Below, piece by piece: positions 1 to 10,223 of a stretch of 64,000 bases of DNA (within the stretch, counting starts at the first letter, position 1; each line of letters begins with the position of its first letter). The notes under the pieces were generated by a model. That model was given only the letters and a program-made list of their open reading frames with translations. It was not told the DNA's origin and did no database searches. The stretch covers positions 96,001 to 160,000 of the forward strand of contig CAVTHS010000002.1 in the NCBI GenBank assembly GCA_963734535.1, read 5' to 3'. The position numbers and the translations under genes were made by a program. This DNA is from an uncultured Chloroflexia bacterium. Its GTDB lineage: Bacteria > Chloroflexota > Limnocylindria > Limnocylindrales > CSP1-4.

Positions 1-1
1 G

Positions 2-2206
2 CTCATCATCCTGCCGGCCGGGCTCATCGCCGTGGCCTTCGCGCTCTTCCTTGCCCGGGACGTGCTGCGGCGCGACACCGGGACGAAGGAGATGGAGGCG
101 GTCGCGGCGACCATCTTCGAGGGCGCGGTCGCGTTCATCCGGCGCCAGTACTCGACCATCGGGATCCTCGCCATCGTTGGCGCGGTCGGGATCGCCATCC
201 TGATCTCCGTCTTCGAGACCGCCAACGTCGCCGACACCAGCGTCTTCGGGCCCGAGCTCGGGATCCGGACCGGGATCGCGTTCCTGGTGGGCGCGGCCTG
301 CTCCATGGCCTCCGGGATCATCGGCATGTTCATCAGCGTCAAGGCGAACGTCCGGACCGCGGCCGCCGCCCGGCGGAGCCTCGTGGAGGCCGTCCAGGTC
401 GCCATGCGCGGCGGTGCCGTGTCCGGCTTCCTGGTCGTCGCGCTCTCGCTCCTCGGCGTCTACCTCATGTTCGTCGCGTTCGGGGGGCTCAATGCCAACA
501 CCGTCCGGGAGGCTCCCTTCCTGATCGTCGGCTACGGCTTCGGTGCAAGCTTCGTCGCGCTCTTCGCGCAGCTCGGCGGCGGGATCTACACGAAGGCAGC
601 CGACGTGGGCTCCGACCTCGTCGGCAAGGTCGAGAAGGGCATCCCCGAGGACGACCCGCGGAACGCTGGCGTGATCGCCGACCTGGTCGGCGACAACGTG
701 GGCGACTGCGCGGGCCGCGGCGCCGACCTCTTCGAGTCCACGGCAGCCGAGAACATCGGCGCCATGATCCTCGGCGTCGGCGTCTACTTCGTCGCCCAGA
801 AGGCCGGCTGGGCGAACCCCGAGGCCTGGATCTTCTTCCCGCTCGTGGTCCGCTCCTTCGGGCTCCTCTCCACGATCATCGCCATGTTCTTCGTCCGCGG
901 CCGCGAGGACGAGAACCCGATGAACATCCTCAACCGGGGCTACTGGGTCACCACGATCCTGTCGGTCATCTCGCTCGCCCTGGTCACGAACGTGATGATG
1001 CAGACGGGCAACCAGACGGGCGCCAACGGAATCCCGACCTGGATCTGGTTCTTCGGCGCCGGCGTCGTCGGCCTGGCGACCAGCGTCGCCTTCGTCTACA
1101 TCACCCAGTACTACACGGCGGGAACGTTCCGGCCGGTCAAGGAGATCGCCGAGGCCAGCAAGACCGGCCCGGCCACGAACATCATCATCGGCACGGCGGT
1201 CGGCTACGAGACGACGTTCGTCACCGCGATCACGATCGGGATCGCGCTCTTCGCGAGCCACTGGCTCGGCGCGGAGGCGGGCCTGACCGATGCGTCCGGT
1301 CGCAACGTTGGCGGCATCTTCGGGACCGCCGTCGCCACGATGGGCATGCTGATGACGACGGCCTACATCCTGGCCATGGACACCTTCGGCCCGATCACGG
1401 ACAACGCGGGCGGCATCGCCGAGTTCAGCGGCGCGGAAGCGCATGCCCGCGAGATCACGGACCGTCTCGACGCCGTTGGCAACACGACGAAGGCGCTCAC
1501 CAAGGGCTACGCGATCGCGTCCGCGTCGCTGGCCGCCTTCCTCCTCTTCAACGCCTACATCGACAAGGTCAATCTCATCCTCGGCCGCCAGATCGCCTCC
1601 GGCAAGGAAGGCGTCTCGCTGATGACGTCGGTGAACCTCGAGAACGTGAACGTGTTCATCGCCGCGCTCATCGCCTCGATGCTCGTCTACTTCTTCAGCT
1701 CGCTGGCCATCCGCGCCGTCGGCAAGACGGCCGGCGCGATCATCTTCGAGGTGCGGCGGCAGTTCCGCGAGATGCCCGGGATCATGACCTACGAGCAGAA
1801 GCCGGACTACGCGCGCGTCGTGGACATCACGACCCGGGCAGCGCTTCGCGAGATGGTCGCGCCGGGTCTCGTGGCGGTCGCCACGCCGATCGCGGTGGGC
1901 CTGCTCCTCGGCTACGAGGCGGTCGCCGGCATGCTCATGGTCGGCACGATCGCCGGTGTCCTCCTCGCCACGGTCCTCAACAACGGGGGCGGCGCGTGGG
2001 ACAACGCCAAGAAGTACATCGAGTCGGGCCACCTCAAGGACGACGACGGGAACGTCCTGGGCAAGGGCTCCGATGCACACGCGGCGGCCGTCGTCGGCGA
2101 CACCGTGGGCGACCCGTTCAAGGACACCGCTGGCCCCTCGCTCCACGTCCTCGTGAAGCTGCTGGCGACCATCACGCTCGTCCTCGCTCCGCTCTTCATC
2201 CGCTAG
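2..2206 (+). CDS. hppA: Membrane-bound H+-translocating pyrophosphatase, K+-independent type (5' end probably outside the window)
   Basis: Motifs GGGIYTKAADVGSDLVGKVE, DNVGDCAG, DTFGPITDNAGG, GGAWDNAKK and GDTVGDPFKDT. GNTTKA has Lys at the K+-dependence site. The frame is open back to base 2. Confidence 0.95.
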   Translation, partial: LIILPAGLIAVAFALFLARDVLRRDTGTKEMEAVAATIFEGAVAFIRRQYSTIGILAIVGAVGIAILISVFETANVADTSVFGPELGIRTGIAFLVGAACSMASGIIGMFISVKANVRTAAAARRSLVEAVQVAMRGGAVSGFLVVALSLLGVYLMFVAFGGLNANTVREAPFLIVGYGFGASFVALFAQLGGGIYTKAADVGSDLVGKVEKGIPEDDPRNAGVIADLVGDNVGDCAGRGADLFESTAAENIGAMILGVGVYFVAQKAGWANPEAWIFFPLVVRSFGLLSTIIAMFFVRGREDENPMNILNRGYWVTTILSVISLALVTNVMMQTGNQTGANGIPTWIWFFGAGVVGLATSVAFVYITQYYTAGTFRPVKEIAEASKTGPATNIIIGTAVGYETTFVTAITIGIALFASHWLGAEAGLTDASGRNVGGIFGTAVATMGMLMTTAYILAMDTFGPITDNAGGIAEFSGAEAHAREITDRLDAVGNTTKALTKGYAIASASLAAFLLFNAYIDKVNLILGRQIASGKEGVSLMTSVNLENVNVFIAALIASMLVYFFSSLAIRAVGKTAGAIIFEVRRQFREMPGIMTYEQKPDYARVVDITTRAALREMVAPGLVAVATPIAVGLLLGYEAVAGMLMVGTIAGVLLATVLNNGGGAWDNAKKYIESGHLKDDDGNVLGKGSDAHAAAVVGDTVGDPFKDTAGPSLHVLVKLLATITLVLAPLFIR

Positions 2207-2260
2207 CTCGGAGGCTCGGGCGGGCCGCGCCCATCGAGGGCGGGCCCGCCTCCACGTTCC

Positions 2261-3088
2261 ATGGATACCGCCGTCCAGGCGCTCGTGATGGGCATCGTCC
2301 AGGGGCTCACCGAGTTCCTGCCGATCTCCTCGTCCGGGCACCTCATCCTGGTCCCATACCTGCTCGGCTGGAAGGACCCGTTCGTCGACTCGCTGGCGTT
2401 CTCGGTGATGCTCCACATGGGGACGCTCGCGGCGCTGCTCGCCTACTTCTGGCGCGACTGGACCCGCCTGGTGCCCGCGGGGCTGGCAGCGCTCCGTGAT
2501 CGCTCGTTCCGCGGCGACCCCGACCGCCGCCTCGCATGGCTCCTGGTCGCCACGCTCCCGCCGGCAGTCGTGCTGGGCGTGCTTCTCAACGACCTCTTCG
2601 AGGAGAAGGTGCGCCAGCCCATCCTTGTGGCCGCGATGCTCGTCGTCGGCGGCGCGATCCTCTGGCTGGCCGACCGGCTCGGCCGCCGGTCCGAGCCGAT
2701 CGAGCGGCTCGGCTTCGGCGGCGCGATCGGGATCGGCTTCGCACAGGCCCTTGCCCTCGTGCCGGGGATCAGCCGGTCCGGGATCAGCATCAGCGCTGGG
2801 CTTGCCTTTGGGCTCAGCCGCGAGGCGGCAACGCGCTTCAGCTTCCTGATGGCGATCCCGGTCATCGCCGGCGCGGGGCTCTTCGAGCTCAAGAAGCTCG
2901 TTGGCGGCCAGGTCGTGGGCGATGTCAACGGGGGGGCGATCCTCGTCGGCTTCGTGGCGGCCCTGGTCTCGGGGCTGGCGGCCATCCACCTGCTCCTCCG
3001 GTTCGTGCAGAACCACCCGATGACCGTCTTCGTCGCGTATCGGCTTCTGCTCGCGGCGGTCGTGGTGATCGTCGTCCTCGCGGCCTGA
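2261..3088 (+). CDS. uppP: Undecaprenyl-diphosphate phosphatase (BacA family)
   Basis: QGLTEFLPISSSGHL and PGISRSG motifs; multi-TM protein. Confidence 0.95.
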   Translation: MDTAVQALVMGIVQGLTEFLPISSSGHLILVPYLLGWKDPFVDSLAFSVMLHMGTLAALLAYFWRDWTRLVPAGLAALRDRSFRGDPDRRLAWLLVATLPPAVVLGVLLNDLFEEKVRQPILVAAMLVVGGAILWLADRLGRRSEPIERLGFGGAIGIGFAQALALVPGISRSGISISAGLAFGLSREAATRFSFLMAIPVIAGAGLFELKKLVGGQVVGDVNGGAILVGFVAALVSGLAAIHLLLRFVQNHPMTVFVAYRLLLAAVVVIVVLAA

Positions 3089-3116
3089 CGCGGCCCGGCG
3101 TCGCGGCATGGAGGTC

Positions 3117-3575
3117 ATGAAGCAGCTTCGCCAGCGCGCCATCCGCGATCTCGTGGAGCGGCGGTCGATCCGGACGCAGCAGGAGCTGGCGACCGCGCTC
3201 CGCGAGCGCGGATTCCGGGCCACGCAGGCCACGATCAGCCGTGACGTCGCGGAGCTGCAGCTCGTGAAGGTGGGCCGCGAGGGTGTCGCGGTCTATGCCA
3301 TGCCCGCCCGCTTCGCGGACGCCGATCCGAGCGGCGAGGAGCGCCTCAGGCGCCTCTTCCACGACGCCCCCGTGGAGTTCCGCGAGGCGGGCCACCTGCT
3401 CGTGCTCATCACGCTTCCCGGGTCCGCCCACGCGATCGCGGCGGCCCTCGACCGGGCGCGTTGGCCGGAGGCGGTTGGCACGATCGCCGGCGACGACACG
3501 CTCTTCATCGCATGCGCGGATCGGCGCACCCTCGCGCGGCTCCGAAGCCGGCTCGAGCGCCTGGCTACGGGATAG
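3117..3575 (+). CDS. argR: Arginine repressor
   Basis: TQQEL...TQATISRD wHTH and GTIAGDDT motifs; GGAGG upstream of ATG 3117. Confidence 0.93.
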   Translation: MKQLRQRAIRDLVERRSIRTQQELATALRERGFRATQATISRDVAELQLVKVGREGVAVYAMPARFADADPSGEERLRRLFHDAPVEFREAGHLLVLITLPGSAHAIAAALDRARWPEAVGTIAGDDTLFIACADRRTLARLRSRLERLATG

Positions 3576-3628
3576 TCCGCGCAGCGTCCACGCGCGACAG
3601 GCCCTGCGCGATACGCATCGATTCTCTT

Positions 3629-3657
3629 TTGACACCCCGCATGGCCCGGGCTATCAT
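3629..3657 (+). promoter_or_regulatory. Sigma70-type promoter of greA
   Basis: TTGACA-17 nt-TATCAT. Confidence 0.7.
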
Positions 3658-3780
3658 CCGCACCCGACCGGACTTCGGGCGCGCCCACCCGCGAGGCAGC
3701 CGCCCGGGGTCCTTCCGTATGTGCCACATCACCCGCCGGGCACGGCGCACCTGCCCGGTCGCCAGAGGTTCGATTCCTCC

Positions 3781-4245
3781 GTGAACACGAAGCCAACCTA
3801 CCTGTCGCGCGAGGGCGAGACTGGCCTCCGCCAGGAGCTCGACAACCTCGTCAACGTCCGTCGCTCGGAGGTCGCTGCCCGCATCCACGACGCGAAGCAG
3901 CACGGCGACCTCTCCGAGAACGCCGAGTACGAAGAGGCGAAGAACGAGCAGGCCTTCGTCGAGGGTCGAATCCAGACCCTCGAGGGCATGTTGAAGACCG
4001 CCGTGATCATCGAGAACTCGGGCTCCGACCACGCGGGGCTGGGCTCGACCGTGACCGTCGAGAGCGTCGACGGGGCGGAGACCTTCTCGATCGTCGGCTC
4101 TGCCGAGGCGCGTCCCGCCGACGGCAAGATCTCGAACGAGTCGCCCGTCGGGCGCGCCCTCCTCGGTCGCAAGGCCGGTGAGAAGATCACGGTGCGTCTG
4201 CCGAACGGGACCGACTTCGTCTACACGATCAAGAAGATCAGCTGA
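3781..4245 (+). CDS. greA: Transcription elongation factor GreA
   Basis: HGDLSENAEYEEAK and ISNESPVGRALLG motifs; GTG start at 3781. Confidence 0.95.
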   Translation: MNTKPTYLSREGETGLRQELDNLVNVRRSEVAARIHDAKQHGDLSENAEYEEAKNEQAFVEGRIQTLEGMLKTAVIIENSGSDHAGLGSTVTVESVDGAETFSIVGSAEARPADGKISNESPVGRALLGRKAGEKITVRLPNGTDFVYTIKKIS

Positions 4246-4322
4246 GCGCCCGCCCCGCGACGTCGGGACGCGCGGCCGGTGCGGCCCCCGCCCCGGCGAT
4301 CGAAAGGGCAGGGACGCACGCG

Positions 4323-6017
4323 ATGTACTGGGCCGACGAGCTGGCTTCCGCGGTCGAGGGGCCGCAGGTCGTCAATGACTCCAAGACCCCGTCGGGGACG
4401 GTCCACGTCGGGAGTCTCCGCGGCCCGGTCATCCTCGACGTCATCAGCCGGGCGCTTCGCGACCGCGGCGTGCCCACGACGCTTCTCTACGGCGTCGACG
4501 ACATGGACCCGATGGATGCCCAGGCGCTTCTGACGCCCGATGCCGTCGCGCGCGAGATGGGCCGCCCGCTTTCCCAGGTGCCGGACCAGGTGGGCGACTG
4601 CCACGCCTCCTACGCCCGCCACCACGCCGGGATCTTCATCGACATCTTCGCGGGCCTCGGCATCCGCCCGGACCGCTACTACTGGATGAGCGAGATCTAC
4701 CCGACGGGCCAGATGGACCCGTTCATCCGGACAGCCCTGGATCGCGCCGACGTGGTCCGGGACCTGTACCGCCGGGTGTCGAAGGTGGAGCGGCCGGCCG
4801 GTTGGCTGCCGATCAGCATCGTGTGTCCCGCCTGCGGACGGGTCGGGACGACCCTCGCCCGCGACTGGGATGGCGCGACGGTCGCTTTCGAATGCCTGCC
4901 GGACTACGTGACGTGGGCCGCCGGGTGCGGCACCGCCGGGCGGACCACCCCGTTCGGGGGTGCCGCCAAGCTGCCGTGGAACCTCGAGTGGGCGGCCCAG
5001 TGGTCGCTCCTGGGCGTCACCATCGAGCCGTGCGGCAAGGACCTTGCCACCGCGGGCGGCTCGCGCGATCGGTCGGACGCGCTGGCCCGCGAAGTCTTCG
5101 ACCGCGAGCCGCCTCGCAACCTGGCCTACGAGTTCCTGAACATCGGCGGGCGAAAGATGTCCACCAGCAAGGGGCGCGGCGCCGCCGCCCACGAGATCGT
5201 CGAGGTCGTGCCGCCCGAGCAGCTCCGGCTGCTCTTCCTCCGGCCCCGCCCGAACCAGGCGATCGAGTTCGATCCCGACGGCACGGACGCGATTCCGCGG
5301 GTCTTCGACGAGTTCGACCGCCTCGCGGGAGCCGCATCCGGTGCGGAGGTCAAGGGCGAGCTTCCGGCCGACGCGGACCGGATCTTCCGCTACGCGCTGC
5401 TGGACCCCGCTGCGGACGTGGCGGCCGAGGCCGGGCGCTACCGGCCCGCGTTCTCGCACCTCGCGCTCCTGGCGCAGATCCCTGGAACCGACGTCGCGGC
5501 ACGGGTGGCGGCCGAGAAGGGGAGCGCCCTCACCGACGAGGAGCGTTCCATCCTCGGCCTGCGCCTCGCGGCCGTCCGCGCCTGGCTCGACGCCTACGCG
5601 CCGGACCGGTCCCGCATCGAGATCCAGCGGGACGGGTTGCCGGCGGAGGCCGCGGCGCTCGGCGAGGACCAGCGGGCCTGGCTCGGCGCGTTCGCGCGCG
5701 CCGCGGAGGCCGCGCCGCCGTCGTCGGGTGACGGCTGGCAGGCCCTGATCTTCGAGGTCGCGTCCGCGGCGGCGCTCCCGCCCGGCCGCGCGTTCGGCGC
5801 GCTGTACGTCGCGTTCCTGGGTCGCACGAACGGGCCGCGAGCAGGCTGGCTGCTCGCCAGCCTGGAGCCGGGCTTCGTCGTGGAGCGCCTTCGGGCCGCG
5901 GCAGGCTGGCGCCATCATCCGGACGGTGAGCCGGGCGCGTCCGTCACCAACCGGACCGGCACCTCCGGCGGGCCGCGCGAGCCCGGCGCGAACGATCCGG
6001 CGGAGGTGGCCCGATGA
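4323..6017 (+). CDS. lysS: Class I lysyl-tRNA synthetase
   Basis: MYWADE start, TPSGTVHVGSLRG (HIGH-like), CPACG, KLPWNLEW, EPCGKD and KMSTSKG motifs. Confidence 0.93.
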   Translation: MYWADELASAVEGPQVVNDSKTPSGTVHVGSLRGPVILDVISRALRDRGVPTTLLYGVDDMDPMDAQALLTPDAVAREMGRPLSQVPDQVGDCHASYARHHAGIFIDIFAGLGIRPDRYYWMSEIYPTGQMDPFIRTALDRADVVRDLYRRVSKVERPAGWLPISIVCPACGRVGTTLARDWDGATVAFECLPDYVTWAAGCGTAGRTTPFGGAAKLPWNLEWAAQWSLLGVTIEPCGKDLATAGGSRDRSDALAREVFDREPPRNLAYEFLNIGGRKMSTSKGRGAAAHEIVEVVPPEQLRLLFLRPRPNQAIEFDPDGTDAIPRVFDEFDRLAGAASGAEVKGELPADADRIFRYALLDPAADVAAEAGRYRPAFSHLALLAQIPGTDVAARVAAEKGSALTDEERSILGLRLAAVRAWLDAYAPDRSRIEIQRDGLPAEAAALGEDQRAWLGAFARAAEAAPPSSGDGWQALIFEVASAAALPPGRAFGALYVAFLGRTNGPRAGWLLASLEPGFVVERLRAAAGWRHHPDGEPGASVTNRTGTSGGPREPGANDPAEVAR

Positions 6018-7354
6018 GCGTCGGACTCCAGCGGCTACGGGAGGAACCGGAGGTCATTCGCAAGGGCGCGCTCGACAAGGGGGAGGACGCAACGCTCGTG
6101 GACGCGGCGCTCGCGTTCGACGCGCGGCGGCGGGCGCTCCTCGGCGAGGCCGATGCGCGCAAGGCCGAGCGCAACACGGTCTCGAGGCAGATCGGCGAGG
6201 CGATCAAGGGTGGCGCTGCGGCGGGCGGGCCGGAGGTCGCGGCGCTGCGCGCAGCGTCGGTGGCGGCCGGCGAGCGGATCTCCGCGCTGGACGTGGAGAT
6301 CGGCCGCGTGGAGGCGGAGCTGGAGGACGCGCTCCTCCGGATCCCGAACCCGGCGGACCCGGACGTGCCGGTCGGCGACGCCGACTCGAACGTCACGGTC
6401 CGGACCTGGGGCGAGCTGCTGCCGCGCGTCCAGCCGGTGGCGGGCGAGCTCGGCGCGGACGCCTCGACGGCCGCCTGGGAGCGCAGGCCGCACTGGGATG
6501 TCGCCGAGCGGCTCCGCATCTTCGAGCTGGAGCGCGGCGCCAAGATCACGGGGTCGGGGTTCCCCGTCTATCGCGGGGCGGGGGCCGGCCTCCAGCGCGC
6601 CCTGATCGACTTCTTCCTGACGGTCCACGTCAGGGAGAACGGGTTCACCGAGATCTGGCCACCGGCCGTCGTCAACGCGGCGTCCGCCCGGGGCACGGGT
6701 CAGATCCCGGACAAGGAAGACCAGATGTACGTGGTGACCCGCGACGAGCTGTACCTGGTGCCCACGGCCGAGGTCCCGGTCACGAACCTCCACCGCGACG
6801 AGATCTTCGAGGCGGACGAGCTGCCCGTTCGGTATGCCGCCTATTCGCCCTGCTTCCGGCGGGAGGCCGGCGCCGCCGGCAAGGACACACGCGGGATCCT
6901 GCGCGTCCACCAGTTCGACAAGGTGGAGATGGTGCTCTTCGAGAAGCCCGACGCCTCCGCCGAGGCGCTCGAGTGGATGGTGGGCCGGGCCGAGGACCTC
7001 CTGCGCCGGCTCGGCCTGGCGTATCGCGTGCTCCTCATGGCGACCCGCGACATGGGCTTCGTGCAGGCGAAGAAGTACGACCTCGAGGTCTGGGCGCCAG
7101 GCGTGGAGCGCTGGCTCGAGGTGTCCTCCTGCTCCAACTTCCGCGACTACCAGGCCCGCCGGATGGCGATCCGCCACCGATCGGCGCCGGGTGCGCGCCC
7201 GGAGCTCGTCCACACGCTCAACGGGTCGGGCCTCGCGCTCGCGCGGGTCGTTGCCGCGATCCTCGAGACGTACCAGGAACCCGACGGCAGCGTGCGCGTC
7301 CCCGGTCCGCTGCAGGCGTCGCTCGGGACGGACGTCCTGCGCCCACCTGCCTGA
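6014..7354 (+). CDS. serS: Seryl-tRNA synthetase
   Basis: LVPTAEVP, CFRREAG, GILRVHQFDKVE, EVSSCSN and HTLNGSGLA motifs. Confidence 0.97.
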   Translation: MSVGLQRLREEPEVIRKGALDKGEDATLVDAALAFDARRRALLGEADARKAERNTVSRQIGEAIKGGAAAGGPEVAALRAASVAAGERISALDVEIGRVEAELEDALLRIPNPADPDVPVGDADSNVTVRTWGELLPRVQPVAGELGADASTAAWERRPHWDVAERLRIFELERGAKITGSGFPVYRGAGAGLQRALIDFFLTVHVRENGFTEIWPPAVVNAASARGTGQIPDKEDQMYVVTRDELYLVPTAEVPVTNLHRDEIFEADELPVRYAAYSPCFRREAGAAGKDTRGILRVHQFDKVEMVLFEKPDASAEALEWMVGRAEDLLRRLGLAYRVLLMATRDMGFVQAKKYDLEVWAPGVERWLEVSSCSNFRDYQARRMAIRHRSAPGARPELVHTLNGSGLALARVVAAILETYQEPDGSVRVPGPLQASLGTDVLRPPA

Positions 7355-7435
7355 CGGCCCTTTCCGGCGGTCCGGTCCGCGCCCCGATCATCGCGGTGTC
7401 TGCGTCCCGGCCGACCGCTCCAGGAGACTCCGCAC

Positions 7436-7969
7436 GTGGCCATTCCCACTGGCTGGCACCAACCCATCGGTGTCGCCGGGCCCGCCCCGGGCGTTGCGTT
7501 CGCCAGCCACGGCGCCCGCCTCGGCGCCTACATCCTCGACGCGATCATCCTGTGCGCGGTCGTCACTGCGATCGTCGTCGTGTCCACGCTCCCGATCGTC
7601 GGCACCATTCTCGGCCGCGTCGGCGATCAGCCGAACTACTGGTCGGACTCGGGCACCTGGGCGCAGCTCGGCGCCGGGATCGGGCTCGTCATCGTCGGCG
7701 GGATCGTGGCCTCCCTCGTCGGGCTGGTCTACTTCCCCTGGTTCTGGGCGCGCGGAGGCCAGACACCCGGCATGCGAGCCGCGGGGATCCGCGTCGTGCG
7801 CGACCGCGACGGCGGCCCGATCGGCGGCGGGGCCGCGATCCTGCGCCTCGTCGGCTTCTGGATCTCCGGCGCCGTCTTCTACCTCGGGTATGCCTGGGTT
7901 CTCATCGACGAGCGTCGCCGCGGCTGGCACGACCTGCTCGCCGGGACCTGCGTGATCAGCACGCGCTGA
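7436..7969 (+). CDS. RDD family membrane protein
   Basis: RLGAYILD, GQTPGMRAAGIRVV and WHDLLAGT motifs. Confidence 0.88.
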   Translation: MAIPTGWHQPIGVAGPAPGVAFASHGARLGAYILDAIILCAVVTAIVVVSTLPIVGTILGRVGDQPNYWSDSGTWAQLGAGIGLVIVGGIVASLVGLVYFPWFWARGGQTPGMRAAGIRVVRDRDGGPIGGGAAILRLVGFWISGAVFYLGYAWVLIDERRRGWHDLLAGTCVISTR

Positions 7970-8170
7970 GTCCTTGGCGCGGCCGGCGAGGCACGGCCGG
8001 CGGGGGGTCCGGGCGCTCAGCGGGGCGCAGCCGCCCGCCCGGACCTTCGTCCCCGGTGCCCCGGACCAGCGGGCCGTTGAGCGGAGCGGGCGCGGCGCCC
8101 ATGCTCGGTTCATCACCGCCCGCCGGCCCCCTTCGGTCGGCACCTCCGCCCTTCGTCACACCAGGTATCC

Positions 8171-10102
8171 ATGCACGATCGACCCCGCCGCGTCGCGGCG
8201 GCAGGACTGGCCGGCCTGCTCCTGGCCGCGGCCCTCGCCGTGCCCGCCGCCGCCGCCACCCCACATCCCGTTCCGGCGCAGAAGGTCAGCACCCCGCCCA
8301 AGGTGCGCGTCCTGAAGGCGGAGCCGCGCCGGGTCGCGGACTACCACCCGAACCGGCCGATCACCCACGACACAGACCTGCTGTCCGACTCCGGCTACGC
8401 GGCGTGGATGATCGACGAGCTCCTGTCGACGACGACACCGCTGCCGCCGCTGGGGGCCGCGTTCACCCGGGCCGAACGCGACACCGGCATCAACGCGCGC
8501 TACCTGGTCGCGCACGCGATCCTGGAGACGGGATGGGGAACCTCGTGGATCGCGCAGGCGAAGCACAACCTCTTCGGCTACGGTGCGTACGATCGTGACC
8601 CGGCGAAATACGCCATCCGCTTCCCGACGTTCGCAGCCGGGATTGCCGCGGTCTCGGAGCAGATCCGAACGACCTACCTGTCGTCCGACGGGCGCTGGTG
8701 GCGTGGCTTTCCGACGCTCCGCGGCGTGAACCGCTTCTACGCGTCCGACCCGTTCTGGGCGGAGAAGGTCGTCGTCCTCGCGAACGCGATCGACAACCTG
8801 ATCGTGACCCTCCGTGAGCGGGGCCTCCAGTTCGGAAATCCGCACGTTGTCACGCCCGCCGCGGGCGCCCCCGTCCCGGTCGGCTCGTCGATGGTCGTCG
8901 CAGTCCCGTGGACGGCGCGAACCCTCGGGCTGCCGTCGGCGCTCCGCTTCGCGGTCCGATGGACGCCTTTGGCCCTCGCCGAGGGCGCATCCACCGCCCC
9001 GATGGGGCCGGCGTCACCTGCCTGGTCGCTGGTCGCGAAGACCACCCGGGTCGGGCAGACCGTCAACCTGTCGGTTGCCGCGCCCGCCCTGCCCGGCTCG
9101 TGGCGGCTGGAGATCGAGGCGCGCGATTCGGATGGGCTGCCGCTCCCGGCCTCGGATGCCCGGCCCATCCGAACGCTCGCGGTGCGGGCCGTCGCGGCGA
9201 CCGAGGCGGCGATCTCGGTCGGCCTCGACCCGACGCCCGTGATCGCGGCGGCGGGCCGAGCCACCACGGTTGCCTTCACGACACCTGCGGCATTCGCGGC
9301 CCCCGCCGTCACCGAGCGGGACACGGGCGGGCTCCAGGGAACCATTCGCAACGTGGGGCAGACGGTCATCCCGGCCACAGCCGCGGACGGCACGCCGACC
9401 CTCGTCGAGTCGTGGAGCCTTCCGCTGGCTGCCGACGGCGTGGCGGCACGACTGACCGCGGTGCCACTGGCCGTGGACCTGCCGCCCGCGGGCGAGGCCA
9501 CGTTCCGGTTCCCGGCCCCGGTCGGGACGGCAGTCGTGGTCCTCCGACTCTCCGGCGACCCGGCCGCGATCGGGCGCAGCGTGCCCGCCATCAGCCTCTT
9601 CGACGCGTCGGGGCTCCAGGGGCCGACCGTCACGCCGCTCGTCGTCCCCGACCTTCGCGACGAGGCGTTCGCCAGTCCAGCTCCCTCGCCGGCACCCTCA
9701 CGTGGCGCGAGCGCGCCCGACCTGCTCGCGCCGGCCCCGGGCACGGTCTCGATCGAGCAGGCCGACGCTGCCGGCGACATCGAGATCGGCCTCACGCCGT
9801 GGACCGCACGGACCGTGCCCGACGTGTTCGACGAGGCTCCGTCGGCGTCCCCGTGGATCCTCGTGCGGACGCTGTCGACGCCACCGACGGACGCGGCCGA
9901 TCCGACGTCCGACTTCGTGCCGTGGCCCGGCACCGGCGCGGGCGATCCGAGCGGGACGCTCAACGTCTCCGGCGTGCCCTCCGGGATCCGCCTGGTGGTC
10001 GTCGCGCTGGTCCGCGAGGGGAGCCTGGTCGCCGATCCGGGGACGCTCCGGCTTGCGTGGGTGCACGTCGCGTCCCTGCACGTGGACGCGACCCCGCGCT
10101 GA
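8171..10102 (+). CDS. Secreted glucosaminidase (GH73-like) peptidoglycan hydrolase with a long uncharacterised C-terminal region
   Basis: Signal peptide; INARYLVAHAILETGWG, NLFGYGAYD and YASDPFW motifs. Confidence 0.85.
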   Translation: MHDRPRRVAAAGLAGLLLAAALAVPAAAATPHPVPAQKVSTPPKVRVLKAEPRRVADYHPNRPITHDTDLLSDSGYAAWMIDELLSTTTPLPPLGAAFTRAERDTGINARYLVAHAILETGWGTSWIAQAKHNLFGYGAYDRDPAKYAIRFPTFAAGIAAVSEQIRTTYLSSDGRWWRGFPTLRGVNRFYASDPFWAEKVVVLANAIDNLIVTLRERGLQFGNPHVVTPAAGAPVPVGSSMVVAVPWTARTLGLPSALRFAVRWTPLALAEGASTAPMGPASPAWSLVAKTTRVGQTVNLSVAAPALPGSWRLEIEARDSDGLPLPASDARPIRTLAVRAVAATEAAISVGLDPTPVIAAAGRATTVAFTTPAAFAAPAVTERDTGGLQGTIRNVGQTVIPATAADGTPTLVESWSLPLAADGVAARLTAVPLAVDLPPAGEATFRFPAPVGTAVVVLRLSGDPAAIGRSVPAISLFDASGLQGPTVTPLVVPDLRDEAFASPAPSPAPSRGASAPDLLAPAPGTVSIEQADAAGDIEIGLTPWTARTVPDVFDEAPSASPWILVRTLSTPPTDAADPTSDFVPWPGTGAGDPSGTLNVSGVPSGIRLVVVALVREGSLVADPGTLRLAWVHVASLHVDATPR

Positions 10103-10223
10103 CGCTGCCGGCGGGACGATGTCACGGCTCTTCGCAACAGGTGAAGGTCCGTGCGTCGATGGAGTTGACCCGGACCGTCATCGGGCGATGATTCAAGCCA
10201 TCCGGGCAGCGAAGGGGCGATCG

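Noticed and set aside
7970-8170. Riboswitch upstream of the glucosaminidase gene
   Set aside because: GC-rich hairpins are possible, but I could not identify conserved motifs of c-di-AMP or other known riboswitches.
5926-8598. Long alternative-frame and antisense ORFs (for example 890 aa here, 40062-43052, 61786-63546)
   Set aside because: Arg/Pro/Gly-rich shadow ORFs expected in very high-GC DNA, overlapping well-supported genes.
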